Part shown: positions 9,411-19,901 of the stretch, in pieces
How positions within the stretch are numbered: position 1 is the first letter of the stretch
Layout: the number at the start of each line of letters is the position of its first letter
DNA from: a virus
Lineage: Duplodnaviria > Caudoviricetes
DNA: 38,024 bases
Direction: 5' to 3' (one strand)
IMG/VR virus record: IMGVR_UViG_3300049924_000050
Location: 1-38,024 of that record
The notes under the pieces: generated by a model
Seen by the model: the letters and a program-made list of their open reading frames with translations, nothing else
Told to the model about the DNA's origin: nothing
Database searches by the model: none
Position numbers and translations under genes: made by a program

Positions 9411-9659
9411 ATGTCAAATAAAAAAGTAGATATTTATATAATTCCAATTGACGGTGTAGATGTTAAGTTCACTTACAACAACAATATAATTAGCTATCAC
9501 TATTCAATAGATGGTAAAAATTACGGCAATGCTCTTAATATCCTCCCAGAAGGCAAAAAACGCTCTACAGTAGAGTCTGCTGTTAAGGGTGGAGGTATTC
9601 TTATGTTGAATGCTATTGAGTCTATTAAAAGTCTAAAAGAACAAACAAATGACAAGTAA
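9411..9659 (+). CDS. Hypothetical protein (leaderless)
   Basis: TG-G-TACACT (9396-9404) ends 6 nt before the ATG. Confidence 0.7.
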   Translation: MSNKKVDIYIIPIDGVDVKFTYNNNIISYHYSIDGKNYGNALNILPEGKKRSTVESAVKGGGILMLNAIESIKSLKEQTNDK

Positions 9660-10014
9660 AGAATTAGAAACAAAACTACGTGCAGAAATTAGTGATGACA
9701 TTAGAATCAAGGAACACGCTAGTTTAGCTGGGATATCAAATGTATTTTGGAGACAGTACGAAGTATGCCCATGCCCAACTTTTGATATAAGAGACGAGTA
9801 CAACCAATCATATACCTATGAGTTCCCTAATGGAATGCTTGGTATTCACAATGCTGTTGATAATATTACTGCTAAAGTACAGGCTACAATTGATTTCTTT
9901 AGTTCAGAAGAAGGCAAACAGTTTGAGGAAGATGAAAAGAAGCCAGACGCAAAGATTTTCTTCAATCAGAATAATGAAATAACACCACTAAATGAAGGTA
10001 CTATCACAGTATAA
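9649..10014 (+). CDS. Hypothetical protein
   Basis: Overlapping ORF in the operon. Confidence 0.7.
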   Translation: MTSKELETKLRAEISDDIRIKEHASLAGISNVFWRQYEVCPCPTFDIRDEYNQSYTYEFPNGMLGIHNAVDNITAKVQATIDFFSSEEGKQFEEDEKKPDAKIFFNQNNEITPLNEGTITV

Positions 10015-11056
10015 CGACTGGAATCAGTCTGACGAACGTTCTAAGGTAAATGGCTATGGTGGTTGTGGATATTACCGTATCGTACAGCCATCTCGTTTAT
10101 TAGGGTTTGATACTAAAGGTAAAGAACAGGCGCAAAAGAGTAACGATGAATACTACAATGAAGTATTTAACTCTTATGATGTTTATTGGCTACACCATAT
10201 CTGTAATCCACAGGTTATTAAGTCTATGGTTGTCCAGGCAATGGTACACAAGAAGAAAATAGTGGTAGACTTAGATGATGATTTCTTCTCTATACCGCAA
10301 AGTCATTCAGCTTATAGCGTATATAAACACAAAGGACACGGAAGACTTGGATTAGGGACTCTTTTAACCTTCGTAGATGCCATAACCGTATCAACAGAGC
10401 ACCTGAAGATGGTTATTTCTCAGTACCTTAAGCTTGTTCATAAGATGGATAAGCCTATTTTTCTCATAGAGAACCGTGTTGACCCTACAATGTGGCGTGA
10501 AGAGCCTAAAAAGCGAAGAGTTATAGGGTATTCTGGTTCTACTTCGCATATTCATGATCTAAATATGGTGCTTCCAGCTATCAGAAAGGTAATGGAGAAA
10601 GACAAGGAAGTAAGATTCGAGATGCTAGGTGTCCTCTCTAAGGAAAATGCCCGCAAAGCTTTCAAAGGATGGCCAGATAATATCCTAGAACGTATCGCTA
10701 TGCTTGGGGCTACTGCAACCTATGATGAGTACCCAGATATGCTTGCTGAAAAGGGTTGGAAGATAGGCATCGCACCACTAGAAAAGAATGACTTTAACAA
10801 AGCGAGATCAAATATCAAGTGGCAAGAATATACAATGAGTGGGTATGTCACGTTAGCAACTGATTTCACTCCTTATGATGGCACTAATGCTATTAAGTGT
10901 AATACAGAAGAAGATTGGATTAGAGAAATAGAGAAATGGATTGATGCAGATGCCACAGATTACCTAAAAGAAGCTAGGGGTATAATCGAAACAAAGTACA
11001 AACACGATAAGAAAACATTAGAGAAATTATTTAACCCTGTACTTGCCTCGCTATAG
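9992..11056 (+). CDS. GT-B fold glycosyltransferase (GT4-like)
   Basis: GCGYYRI, VVDLDDD, AITVST, IGYSGSTSH..D, IGIAPLE...FNKARSNIKWQEY. Confidence 0.85.
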   Translation: MKVLSQYNDWNQSDERSKVNGYGGCGYYRIVQPSRLLGFDTKGKEQAQKSNDEYYNEVFNSYDVYWLHHICNPQVIKSMVVQAMVHKKKIVVDLDDDFFSIPQSHSAYSVYKHKGHGRLGLGTLLTFVDAITVSTEHLKMVISQYLKLVHKMDKPIFLIENRVDPTMWREEPKKRRVIGYSGSTSHIHDLNMVLPAIRKVMEKDKEVRFEMLGVLSKENARKAFKGWPDNILERIAMLGATATYDEYPDMLAEKGWKIGIAPLEKNDFNKARSNIKWQEYTMSGYVTLATDFTPYDGTNAIKCNTEEDWIREIEKWIDADATDYLKEARGIIETKYKHDKKTLEKLFNPVLASL

Positions 11057-11079
11057 AATGTGCTTGATACTTATGGTAT

Positions 11080-11802
11080 ATGATTATCTCAAAAGTATCA
11101 GACAGAACAGGCATTATCCAATCTTTGGAAGACCTAACGGGGACACAAAACGTTTCTTCATATTCTACTGCCGTAAAACTTAAAGATATAAATCTAGCAT
11201 TCGATGATTACAGTAATCTAGTAAAGCAAGTGTCATCAACATGGCAAGCGGACGACTCTAGCCATACAAAGTATCCAAATATGTACTTTAACCTTGTTTC
11301 TGGTCAAGGTGATTATTCTTTTACTGAGGATGAACAAGGAAACCAGGTTCAAGATATTTATCGAGTGGAGTGTATGATGCCAAATGGTACATGGAAATTA
11401 CTTACACCAGTTGATGAAATGGCTGGAGCTTCTATTACTGAAATAGAGGCACAATCAGGAACACCAACTGAATACTGGAAGACAGCTAACGGTATTTTCC
11501 TTAAGGTTAAGCCTAATTACTCACAGACAAACGGAATCCGAATGTTCTTCACTCGATCACCTAATTACTTTACTGCGGCAGATGTAACAGCAGAAACTAA
11601 AGAACCTGGTATCCCTAACGGCCATCACAAGTATCTATTCTGGAAGCCAGCATTTTGGTACTGGCTACCAAAGGACACAGCACGAGCACAGATTTGCAAG
11701 CAGGAAGTAGATAAGATCGAAGCAGAGATTATGGAAGATATTTCTAATCGTAATCGTGATGAAAAGGTTGGTTTTAGACCTCGTTACACAAATTATAATT
11801 AA
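11080..11802 (+). CDS. Putative head-tail adaptor / tail tubular protein
   Basis: Position; FNLVSGQGDYSF, GTPTEYW and PGIP..HH patterns. Confidence 0.6.
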   Translation: MIISKVSDRTGIIQSLEDLTGTQNVSSYSTAVKLKDINLAFDDYSNLVKQVSSTWQADDSSHTKYPNMYFNLVSGQGDYSFTEDEQGNQVQDIYRVECMMPNGTWKLLTPVDEMAGASITEIEAQSGTPTEYWKTANGIFLKVKPNYSQTNGIRMFFTRSPNYFTAADVTAETKEPGIPNGHHKYLFWKPAFWYWLPKDTARAQICKQEVDKIEAEIMEDISNRNRDEKVGFRPRYTNYN

Positions 11803-11803
11803 T

Positions 11804-12076
11804 ATGCCAGTAGTCGGGACAAATCAAACAAAAAATATCGTTACTCCAGTAGGAGCAAGAAAGTACGGTGTTTACACTTGGGGAGATTCAGAAGCTACAT
11901 GGGGTGATGCTGTAGCAACTTGGGGAGGTTTGGCTATAACCCCAACTAATCAAAGTAGAACTAGTTCCACAACTGACTTTTTAGTCACCGATGAACTTGA
12001 TTTCTTGATTACAGATGAGGGGGACTTTTTAATAATTAGCTCTGGAAACAGCGTGGTTAACCAATCAAAATCTTAA
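11804..12076 (+). CDS. Small virion-associated protein
   Basis: Start MPVVG after TAA-T-ATG; repeated TWGD and FL(V/I)TDE.DFL motifs. Confidence 0.6.
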   Translation: MPVVGTNQTKNIVTPVGARKYGVYTWGDSEATWGDAVATWGGLAITPTNQSRTSSTTDFLVTDELDFLITDEGDFLIISSGNSVVNQSKS

Positions 12077-12077
12077 T

Positions 12078-15000
12078 ATGGCAAACGTAAAAGTAGTTGA
12101 CTTAACAGCTAAAACAACCCCAGTAGATGCAGATGTTACTTTAATTGTAGACAGTGCTGCTTCTAACGACAATAAGAAGGTTACATTTCTAAATATTTAT
12201 AACTATATTAAAGGTAAAGCAGATTCTGTTTACCAGAGCTTGCTTGTGTCTGGTACAAATATTAAGACAATCAACGGGTCATCAATCCTTGGTAGTGGGG
12301 ACCTAACTGTTTCTGGTACAGGGACTGTTACATCTGTAAGTGTCACAACAGCAAACGGTGTATCAGGTTCTGTGGCTACAGCGACTAGTACACCAGCTAT
12401 CTCACTGACCCTTGGGGATATCACTCCTTCCAAAGTAAACTCAGTCGCCATCTCAGGTTCGTCCACTCCAACCCTTGCAGTGACTGGCACAACAGCGGTC
12501 AGTGGTACTAATACAGGAGATAATGCCGTAAACTCACTCTACTCAGGGCTGGTATCTAACGCCACACACACTGGAGATGCTACAGGTTCTACAGCTCTTA
12601 CACTTGCTACAGTAAACTCTAACGTTGGTTCATTTACCAATGCTTCTGTCACAGTAAACGCTAAAGGACTTGTCACTGCCGCATCATCAGGAACAGCTCC
12701 AGTTACTTCAGTTGGAGCAACTGCGCCTTTGTCATCGTCTGGTGGCACAACACCGACAATCACTACCTCAATGGCAACTAATAAGTTGATAGGTAGAGGA
12801 ACAGCAGGAACAGGCGTGATGGAAGAAATTACTCTTGGTACTAACCTATCACTCTCTGGAACTACTCTCAATGCTTCAGGTGGGGGAGGGACACCAGGAG
12901 GATCAACTACACAAGTACAGTACAACAACGCAGGTTCTTTTGCAGGTATTACTGGCGCAACAACAAACGGAACGGCTCTAACTCTTGTAGCTCCAGTTCT
13001 TGGGACACCAGCTTCGGTAACGCTAACAAATGCAACAGGTTTACCACTTTCAACAGGTGTAACTGGTAACTTGCCAGTAACCAATCTTAACTCTGGTACT
13101 TCTGCATCTTCAACTACATTCTGGAGAGGTGATGGAACTTGGGCCACTCCTTCTGGATCAGGTGATATGGTTCTCGCCAATACACAAACTAACTCAGGTC
13201 TTAAGACTTTCCTAGATGGAACATTTGGTCTCAGAAACGTTGCTAATACATTTACATCTCTATTTACTAACACCAACACAGCGGCAAGAACCTATACTCT
13301 AAAAGACGCTTCAGGGACTCTTGCTTTCACATCAGACATTACAGGGACAAACTCAGGGACAAATACAGGAGATCAAACATCTATTGTTGGAATTACAGGA
13401 ACAATGGCACAGTTCGATACAGCAGTGACTGATGGGAATATTGTATACCAAGGACAAGCACTTGGCACTCCTGCGAGCGGTACTGTAACTAACCTTACAG
13501 GTACAGCATCAATTAACATTAACGGCACAGTTGGAGCAACAACACCAACAACTGGGTCATTCACCACAGTAACTACTTCTGGGAACATTGAACTGGGTAA
13601 CGCCTCAGACACTACTCTCTCAAGAAGCGCAGCAGGTCAGTTGGCAGTTGAAGGTGTAGATGTTCTCACAACATCAAATACAAAAACAGTAACAAATAAG
13701 AGAATCACTTTCCGTGAAGTAACAACAACTCAATCAGCTACTCCTACAATCAACACTGACAACGGAGACGTGTTCACTATCACTGGTCTTGCACAAGCTA
13801 TTACTTCGATGACGACCAACCTTTCTGGCACACCGACAAATGACCAGAACATGATTATCAACATTACTGATAACGGTACTGCAAGAGCAATCACTTGGGG
13901 CTCTTCATTTGAAGGTTCACTGCTTCCTACAACTACCGCAGTATCAACATTGCTAAAGGTTGGGTTTAAATGGAACGGTGCGACATCCAAATGGTTGTGT
14001 GTTGGGTCTACAGCACCAGTTGCTGGAGGTGGTGATGCTCTAACAACAGGAACATTAGCACAATTTGCTGCGACAACATCATCACAATTGGCTGGTGTTA
14101 TATCAGACGAGACAGGATCAGGAGCCTTGGTATTTGGAACAAGCCCTACTCTTGTCACTCCAGTGCTTGGGACTCCAACAAGTGTAACTCTTACTAACGC
14201 CACAGGGCTTCCATTATCAACTGGTGTAACAGGCAATCTTCCTGTGACTAACTTAAACAGTGGAACTTCAGCGTCATCCTCTACTTTCTGGAGAGGCGAT
14301 GGCACATGGGCGACACCATCTGGTTCTGGAACAGTAACCGCAACAGCTGGGTCACTTACTGCTAACTCAGTAGTACTTGGCGCTGGAACAACTGATACTA
14401 AGGTAGTATCTGGTATTACAACAGATGGAACCTCTCAGCTTAACCTTGGTGTAAACGCTACTACTCTTGGTAAAGTTAAGATGTTCGGTAGTACATCGGG
14501 TGACGCAACAATCCAGCCATCAGCTGTCGCTGGTACAGCAACTGTTCTCACTCTTCCATCTACATCAGGTACTCTTGTAACTGGAGGTGGTACAGCTAGT
14601 GGATCAAACACTGGAGACCAGACTATAACGCTAACTGGTGCTGTAACTGGTTCAGGCACTGGGTCATTCGCGACAACAATTGCTACTCCAGGGACTCTTA
14701 CAGTTTCTTCAACAAACTCAACAGCGACCGCGCACACACATGCAGTTACTTCATCATCTGCCCCAGGTGCAGCTGCTTCAATCCTAGCTACCGACGCTAG
14801 TGGACATGTTGGTTCTACAGGAACACGTATTGTCAAAGGGTGGTTCACTGATCTACAGGTCACAAATAACATTTCTGGTTCTATCACAGGAAATGCCGCG
14901 ACTGTCACAACAAACGCTAACCTGACAGGTCCTATTACTTCTTCAGGTAATGCTACTTCAGTCGCTTCACAAACTGGTACTGGTTCTACTTTCGTAATGA

Positions 15001-15545
15001 ACACATCACCAACACTTGTTACCCCTACTATTGGTGTTGCTACTGCCACATCAGTAAACAAGGTTGCGATCACAGCACCTGCCACAAGCTCTACGTTGAC
15101 CGTGGCTGATGGCAAGACCCTAACTGCAAGTAATACTGTAACACTCACTGGTACAGATGGAGTATCAATGAACGTAAGTAACAACAAGATAGCTCAAATA
15201 ACAATGATTATTGGGGATGGAGTAAACGCTATCTCAGCAAACGCTACTTCATTTGCAGTTCCTTGTACATTCGCTGGCACAATCACTGGCTACACCATTG
15301 CAGCAGATGCAGGAACATGTACTATTAAGACATGGAAGAAAGCTACTGGAACAGCCATCCCTACAATATCTGATGTTATATCCACTAGCGGTGTTAGCCT
15401 ATCTTCTGGTACACTTGTACGTAGCAGTACAGTATCAGACTTTACTACTACAACAGTTACATCAAATGATGTTTTCATTGTGCAAGCTACTTCGGTGGCA
15501 ACAGCTAAGTACATAAGCTTCACACTAGAAATAACTAAATCATAA
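12078..15545 (+). CDS. Large Thr/Ser/Gly-rich tail fibre / adhesin with internal repeats
   Basis: 1155 aa; NIKTING, GTVTSV, VQYNNAG and RGDGTWATP modules. Confidence 0.8.
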   Translation: MANVKVVDLTAKTTPVDADVTLIVDSAASNDNKKVTFLNIYNYIKGKADSVYQSLLVSGTNIKTINGSSILGSGDLTVSGTGTVTSVSVTTANGVSGSVATATSTPAISLTLGDITPSKVNSVAISGSSTPTLAVTGTTAVSGTNTGDNAVNSLYSGLVSNATHTGDATGSTALTLATVNSNVGSFTNASVTVNAKGLVTAASSGTAPVTSVGATAPLSSSGGTTPTITTSMATNKLIGRGTAGTGVMEEITLGTNLSLSGTTLNASGGGGTPGGSTTQVQYNNAGSFAGITGATTNGTALTLVAPVLGTPASVTLTNATGLPLSTGVTGNLPVTNLNSGTSASSTTFWRGDGTWATPSGSGDMVLANTQTNSGLKTFLDGTFGLRNVANTFTSLFTNTNTAARTYTLKDASGTLAFTSDITGTNSGTNTGDQTSIVGITGTMAQFDTAVTDGNIVYQGQALGTPASGTVTNLTGTASININGTVGATTPTTGSFTTVTTSGNIELGNASDTTLSRSAAGQLAVEGVDVLTTSNTKTVTNKRITFREVTTTQSATPTINTDNGDVFTITGLAQAITSMTTNLSGTPTNDQNMIINITDNGTARAITWGSSFEGSLLPTTTAVSTLLKVGFKWNGATSKWLCVGSTAPVAGGGDALTTGTLAQFAATTSSQLAGVISDETGSGALVFGTSPTLVTPVLGTPTSVTLTNATGLPLSTGVTGNLPVTNLNSGTSASSSTFWRGDGTWATPSGSGTVTATAGSLTANSVVLGAGTTDTKVVSGITTDGTSQLNLGVNATTLGKVKMFGSTSGDATIQPSAVAGTATVLTLPSTSGTLVTGGGTASGSNTGDQTITLTGAVTGSGTGSFATTIATPGTLTVSSTNSTATAHTHAVTSSSAPGAAASILATDASGHVGSTGTRIVKGWFTDLQVTNNISGSITGNAATVTTNANLTGPITSSGNATSVASQTGTGSTFVMNTSPTLVTPTIGVATATSVNKVAITAPATSSTLTVADGKTLTASNTVTLTGTDGVSMNVSNNKIAQITMIIGDGVNAISANATSFAVPCTFAGTITGYTIAADAGTCTIKTWKKATGTAIPTISDVISTSGVSLSSGTLVRSSTVSDFTTTTVTSNDVFIVQATSVATAKYISFTLEITKS
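12993..13163 (+). repeat. 57-aa fibre module, copy 1
   Basis: PVLGTP...[15 protein letters not shown]; 55/57 aa identical to 14160-14330. Confidence 0.9.
14160..14330 (+). repeat. 57-aa fibre module, copy 2
   Basis: Matches copy 1, with extensive synonymous divergence. Confidence 0.9.
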
Positions 15546-15548
15546 TAT

Positions 15549-15884
15549 ATGAGATACTCATTATTTATAGGTAGGTATCAACCACTACATGACGGTCATA
15601 AGAAATTGTTTCAAACAGTTCTTGATGAAGGAAAGAATATTGTAGTTGCGTTGCGGGATACACCAATTCAGGATACAGATCCATATACCATAGAAGAAAG
15701 AATAAAAATGGTGAGAGACGCTTTCCCTGACGATGATAGGGTTAAGATTATTTCTATTCCTGATATTGAAGATGTTGTGTACGGTCGTAAGGTTGGATGG
15801 GGCATACGAGAAATTAAGCTAGACGAAGAAACAGAATCAATATCAGCAACTAAAATACGCGCACAAAATGCTACTACTATCTAA
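15549..15884 (+). CDS. HxGH nucleotidyltransferase (cytidylyltransferase-like); candidate minimal sulfate adenylyltransferase
   Basis: GRYQPLHDGH and ISATKIR motifs; substrate inferred from neighbours. Confidence 0.8.
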   Translation: MRYSLFIGRYQPLHDGHKKLFQTVLDEGKNIVVALRDTPIQDTDPYTIEERIKMVRDAFPDDDRVKIISIPDIEDVVYGRKVGWGIREIKLDEETESISATKIRAQNATTI

Positions 15885-16047
15885 AACAATCGTATACAGA
15901 ATCTACTCAATCGTAATTTTACTGGCGATAGCTCTTGTTATTACACGCGATGTGCAATCGGCACTTAAACTATCACTTGGTTTAGAGTTTATTAAATTAC
16001 TCCAATACTATGTATTTGAAGAGATTTGGAGATCATTAAGAAAATAA
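15868..16047 (+). CDS. DUF2061-like small membrane protein (59 aa, absent from ORF track)
   Basis: MLLLSKTIVYRIYSIVILLAIALVITRDVQSALKLSLGLEFIKLLQYYVFEEIWRSLRK matches the K..(W/Y)R...E..K..YY..E..W pattern; fills the gap exactly. Confidence 0.75.
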   Translation: MLLLSKTIVYRIYSIVILLAIALVITRDVQSALKLSLGLEFIKLLQYYVFEEIWRSLRK

Positions 16048-16048
16048 T

Positions 16049-16372
16049 ATGTCAATAATCTGGATAACAGGGAATAGTTGGTCTGGGAAAACAACTCTAG
16101 CAAAGAAAATGCGTAAGCATGAGGTTATTCTCGACGGCGATGCTATGAGGTCTGTGTGGCCAGGGATGAGGTTTTCTAAGGAAGATAGATGGGAACATAA
16201 CATGCGCGTAGCAAGGATGGCGAAAGAGCTTGATGAGCAAGGATTCGATGTTATTGTAGCCACAATCTGTCCTTATCGTGATTTGAGAAAAGAAGTACAG
16301 AGGGTAACACGGTGTAGGTTTATCTACCTCGAAGGAGGAAAAGAGGGGGAAGATTACCCTTATGAAATATAA
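16049..16372 (+). CDS. cysC: Adenylyl-sulfate (APS) kinase, short form
   Basis: WITGNSWSGKTT P-loop, LDGD..R, FSKEDR, ICPYRDLR, terminal PYE. Confidence 0.85.
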   Translation: MSIIWITGNSWSGKTTLAKKMRKHEVILDGDAMRSVWPGMRFSKEDRWEHNMRVARMAKELDEQGFDVIVATICPYRDLRKEVQRVTRCRFIYLEGGKEGEDYPYEI

Positions 16373-17141
16373 TATGGATAAAATTCACTTTATCTCAGGT
16401 CTACCACGTTCAGGGTCAACACTCCTCTGTAACATTCTTGCACAAAATCCTCGTTTCCACGCAACGTCTACTAGCGCTGTTATGGATATAATGTCGGCTG
16501 TTAGAAATCAGTGGGATGCAATGCCAGAACTTAAAGATACAGACGATTCTAAAAAAAGGGTACTAAAAGCTGTCCTAGAAAACTTTCACGGAACAGACAA
16601 AATTATATTTGATAAATGTCGTGGGTGGGTTTCATGGATTGAGCTATTGGAAGATATCCTTGGAAGGAAAGTAAAAATTCTTGTACCTGTTAGAGATATG
16701 AGAATGGTTCTTGCTTCTTTTGAAAAACTAAATAGGAAAAACTATCTGGCTGGGAACAAACTTGACCAACAAATGTTCCTTAAAACACAGAGCATACAGG
16801 GTAGGTGTGAAACTTGGCTGTCTTATAACTCACCACTTGGGATTGCTTACAATAGGATAAATGATGCTCTCCTAAGAGGGTTGGCAGACAGACTATATTT
16901 TGTTCATTTTGAAAAATTAACATCTGATCCAGAAGCTGAGATGAAGAGAATCTATGATTTTTTAGGAGAGGAATACTTTAACCATGATTTTGAAAATGTT
17001 GAGCAAGTTGTGTGGGAAGATGACAGTGTGTGGGGTATGGGTGATCTCCATAGTATTAGGAGTAAGGTCGAACCAGTAAAAGAAAATTGGGGAGATATAC
17101 TCGGTGGGTGGGCCGATGTTTATAAACAGTATAACTTTTAA
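16362..17141 (+). CDS. PAPS-dependent sulfotransferase
   Basis: FISGLPRSGSTLL (5'-PSB), VRD...VLAS (3'-PB), VHFEKLTSDPE..MKRIYDFLG. Confidence 0.9.
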   Translation: MKYNMDKIHFISGLPRSGSTLLCNILAQNPRFHATSTSAVMDIMSAVRNQWDAMPELKDTDDSKKRVLKAVLENFHGTDKIIFDKCRGWVSWIELLEDILGRKVKILVPVRDMRMVLASFEKLNRKNYLAGNKLDQQMFLKTQSIQGRCETWLSYNSPLGIAYNRINDALLRGLADRLYFVHFEKLTSDPEAEMKRIYDFLGEEYFNHDFENVEQVVWEDDSVWGMGDLHSIRSKVEPVKENWGDILGGWADVYKQYNF

Positions 17142-17143
17142 GT

Positions 17144-17551
17144 ATGCAACCAAACATTTTAACTGAACTAGAGCTAACGGATAACTCTATAAAATATGGT
17201 CAAGTTACAGTCTATAATAGAGACGGGTCAATTAACCGAGAATTTAAAATCTCACCCGAAGAAGAATTAAAGTGTAGGTTATCACCAGATTCACCTCCGA
17301 TCGGTGTGACAAAAGATGAGTGGGCTAATAACTTCACATCAATGACTGCACGTTCTTTACTTTATAAGCAGGCTTTTGTGACCAAAGAGGGGGAATTAGC
17401 TGTTAACTACGGGCTTGGGTCAGATAGGCTCGGGGCAAAAATGGATATCGCAGTAAAGATATTACCTAAAGAGCAATTTCTTGTAAGCGGGACAGACATT
17501 TACCTGACGCAAGAAGCATTAGATACATTAACTGGAGTAAATAGAAAATAA
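17144..17551 (+). CDS. Hypothetical protein
   Basis: ORF coupled between the sulfotransferase and structural genes. Confidence 0.7.
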   Translation: MQPNILTELELTDNSIKYGQVTVYNRDGSINREFKISPEEELKCRLSPDSPPIGVTKDEWANNFTSMTARSLLYKQAFVTKEGELAVNYGLGSDRLGAKMDIAVKILPKEQFLVSGTDIYLTQEALDTLTGVNRK

Positions 17552-17552
17552 T

Positions 17553-18188
17553 ATGGCAGTAACACTTGATAATCATGCAATAGGTTCTGGGGGGAATGGG
17601 TATTCTCGTACTTTTTCTTACACTTCTAGTACTTCAGCCAACAGAGCCATTTTGGTAAAAAGTCATATTGCCAGCCAACCTGCAACTGGGGTTACTTATG
17701 CTGGTACGTCACTGACAAAATATTCAGCTTTTTCTGGGGATGCAACAAACGTTTTATGGACACTTGCAGGCCAGTCAACAGGAGCTAATAATGTTGTGCT
17801 CACATGGTCAGCTTACAGTAATGGTACAGCACTAGTGTCGTCTTACACGGATGTTGATCAAACCACTCCTTTTGGAACAGCTGTACAAAACACAGCAAGT
17901 AATTATTCTCCGACAACAGGTTCAATAACATGTCCGACAAATGGGATGGTAGATGCTTCTGTTTGGCACGGGTATGTTACAGCTACCCCAACTTCTACAG
18001 CAGGAACTGAGTTAGACAACTATAGTACTGGGGGGACATGGTATATGCACGGTTACCGAGCTTCAACAGGTGCCGTTTCTTGGACAGTTAACAGATCAGC
18101 AACCTGGTACGCGATAGCAGTTCCTATTAACCCAGTTTCTGCTGGCGGTTCAGCAACTAATAGACAATACAGCTTTGTAGCTGGATAA
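17553..18188 (+). CDS. Beta-rich Ser/Thr-rich virion/fibre-associated protein
   Basis: Similar in pattern to the next gene (VTYAGTSLT vs LTYNGVSLT; TGANNV vs TGSNTV; PFG). Confidence 0.7.
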   Translation: MAVTLDNHAIGSGGNGYSRTFSYTSSTSANRAILVKSHIASQPATGVTYAGTSLTKYSAFSGDATNVLWTLAGQSTGANNVVLTWSAYSNGTALVSSYTDVDQTTPFGTAVQNTASNYSPTTGSITCPTNGMVDASVWHGYVTATPTSTAGTELDNYSTGGTWYMHGYRASTGAVSWTVNRSATWYAIAVPINPVSAGGSATNRQYSFVAG

Positions 18189-18192
18189 ACAT

Positions 18193-18861
18193 ATGGCAAT
18201 AACAGTAGACTCAACAGGGAGCAACGCAGGGCCAGGGACAGAACAGAGTACTGGTAGCTTTTCGTTCACAAACACAGCTGGTAATGCACTTGTTATTTCT
18301 ATTTCTGGTTTTAGAAATAGAACAGTATCATCCCTTACTTATAATGGAGTTTCTTTGACAAGTCTTGTAACTTCTACAAATTCTTCTAACCATAAAACAT
18401 TTTTATATGGCTTGGCATCTCCAGCAACTGGGTCTAACACTGTGTCTTGGACTTTATCAGGTAATGATGCTCCAACGTTTGCCTTGATATCATTTTCTGG
18501 TGCTCACTCTAGTCCTTTTGGGGCAACTGGAACTGGCAATGATGGTGGCTCTGCTGGAACAGCCGTGTCTACCTCTATTACTACTACTGCAAATAATTCA
18601 TACATATTTGATGCTTTTTACAGAAATGGAGGGTCTAACATAACTACAGTCGGCGGGTCACAAACAGAAGTATCTGACCTACAAGATGCTGCATATGGGT
18701 CAGAAGGGTCAAGTAGCAGTTATAAGTCTTTCACAACAGCAGGGGCTACAACAATGACAAGTACTCTTAGTTCTAGTCGTAACTGGACTTCTGCCGCTGT
18801 AGAGATAAAAGAGGCTGCTGGCACATCTTCAACGCGTAATTCTTTCTTGATGATGATGTAG
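18193..18861 (+). CDS. Beta-rich Ser/Thr-rich virion/fibre-associated protein (probable paralog)
   Basis: Shares motifs with 17553-18188. Confidence 0.7.
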   Translation: MAITVDSTGSNAGPGTEQSTGSFSFTNTAGNALVISISGFRNRTVSSLTYNGVSLTSLVTSTNSSNHKTFLYGLASPATGSNTVSWTLSGNDAPTFALISFSGAHSSPFGATGTGNDGGSAGTAVSTSITTTANNSYIFDAFYRNGGSNITTVGGSQTEVSDLQDAAYGSEGSSSSYKSFTTAGATTMTSTLSSSRNWTSAAVEIKEAAGTSSTRNSFLMMM

Positions 18862-18883
18862 ATGTCATTTACACTGTAACTAT

Positions 18884-19900
18884 ATGGCTACTAACTACCC
18901 CTCATCTCTTGATAACTCAACAACAATACCTGTAGAAGCTGCTTCAACCCCGTTAGCTACTAACCATGTTACCGCACACCAGAATATCCAAGATGCTTTA
19001 GAGGCTATTGAAGCAAAGGTTGGTGTAGACAGTTCTGCCGTTACCACTTCACATGATTATAAGCTTGGAGAAGTTACCTCTACCGACAAAGCAGTAGGTA
19101 AGACAGCTACACAGACACTCACTAATAAGACACTAACTGCACCAACTATCACAGGCGCGACAGTAACTACATCTACAGTAAATGGTGTTACTCTACAGAC
19201 TGGCGGTTCAGCAACTGATTTTCTAGCAGCTAGTGGGTCTTATGTTTCTGGATCAGTGGCAAATGCAAGTACAACTGTTGCTGGTGTAAGTGAAGAAGCT
19301 ACATCAGCAGAAGTAACGTCTGGTGCGTCAACAGGAGGCACGGGGGCTAAACTTTTTATCACTCCTGCTGCGCTTGCAGCAAGTACACCTGTGTTTGATG
19401 GGTCTGGGATTACAAATGTTTCAAAACTATTAACATCAAGTGCTTCTGATACAACGTTTAACAACAGTTCTGCTGAAAACACACTAGTAACTTACTCTCT
19501 AGCTGGGGGAACTCTCGGAACAAGTAAGGTTGTTAAAGTAAAAGCACTAATTGATTATGTAATTACGACAGCAAACGTTAACTGTACTTTTAGAGTTAAA
19601 TACGGTGGTACGACAATTGCCTCTTTCGGCACTTCTGGTGTTACTGGGACGCCTTCCTTTACTGCGACATTTGCTGTAGACTTTTCTTTAATTGCTGCAG
19701 GGAGCACTTCTTCTCAAGAGGGATTTGTATTATACACGCAGACTGGCACATCATTTTCTCCTATTGCGGGGGCTCTAAAGGGTAGTTCATCAATCGACAG
19801 TACAACTTCACAAAACATAACGATTACAGCACAAATGGATACTGCTGCTGCTAGTGCCACATCAGCAGTAAGAATGTACTTTATCGAAAAATGCTTATAA
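18884..19900 (+). CDS. Tail fibre-like structural protein
   Basis: MATNYPSSLD start, EAIEAKVG coil, TQTLTNKTL, ASTTVAG..E.AT.AE and FITPAAL fibre motifs. Confidence 0.7.
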   Translation: MATNYPSSLDNSTTIPVEAASTPLATNHVTAHQNIQDALEAIEAKVGVDSSAVTTSHDYKLGEVTSTDKAVGKTATQTLTNKTLTAPTITGATVTTSTVNGVTLQTGGSATDFLAASGSYVSGSVANASTTVAGVSEEATSAEVTSGASTGGTGAKLFITPAALAASTPVFDGSGITNVSKLLTSSASDTTFNNSSAENTLVTYSLAGGTLGTSKVVKVKALIDYVITTANVNCTFRVKYGGTTIASFGTSGVTGTPSFTATFAVDFSLIAAGSTSSQEGFVLYTQTGTSFSPIAGALKGSSSIDSTTSQNITITAQMDTAAASATSAVRMYFIEKCL

Positions 19901-19901
19901 T

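Noticed and set aside
12993-14330. Diversity-generating retroelement TR/VR pair
   Set aside because: Differences are synonymous and not adenine-specific, both copies are coding, and there is no reverse transcriptase
12230-15523. Long minus-strand ORFs opposite the fibre gene (also 19240, 23604, 24582, 25376, 26645)
   Set aside because: Val/Pro-rich shadows of Thr/Gly-rich codons, with no motifs or expression signals
15549-17141. Assimilatory sulfate-reduction auxiliary genes or DNA phosphorothioation
   Set aside because: No cysH, cysIJ or dnd/ssp genes; the pathway ends in a sulfotransferase
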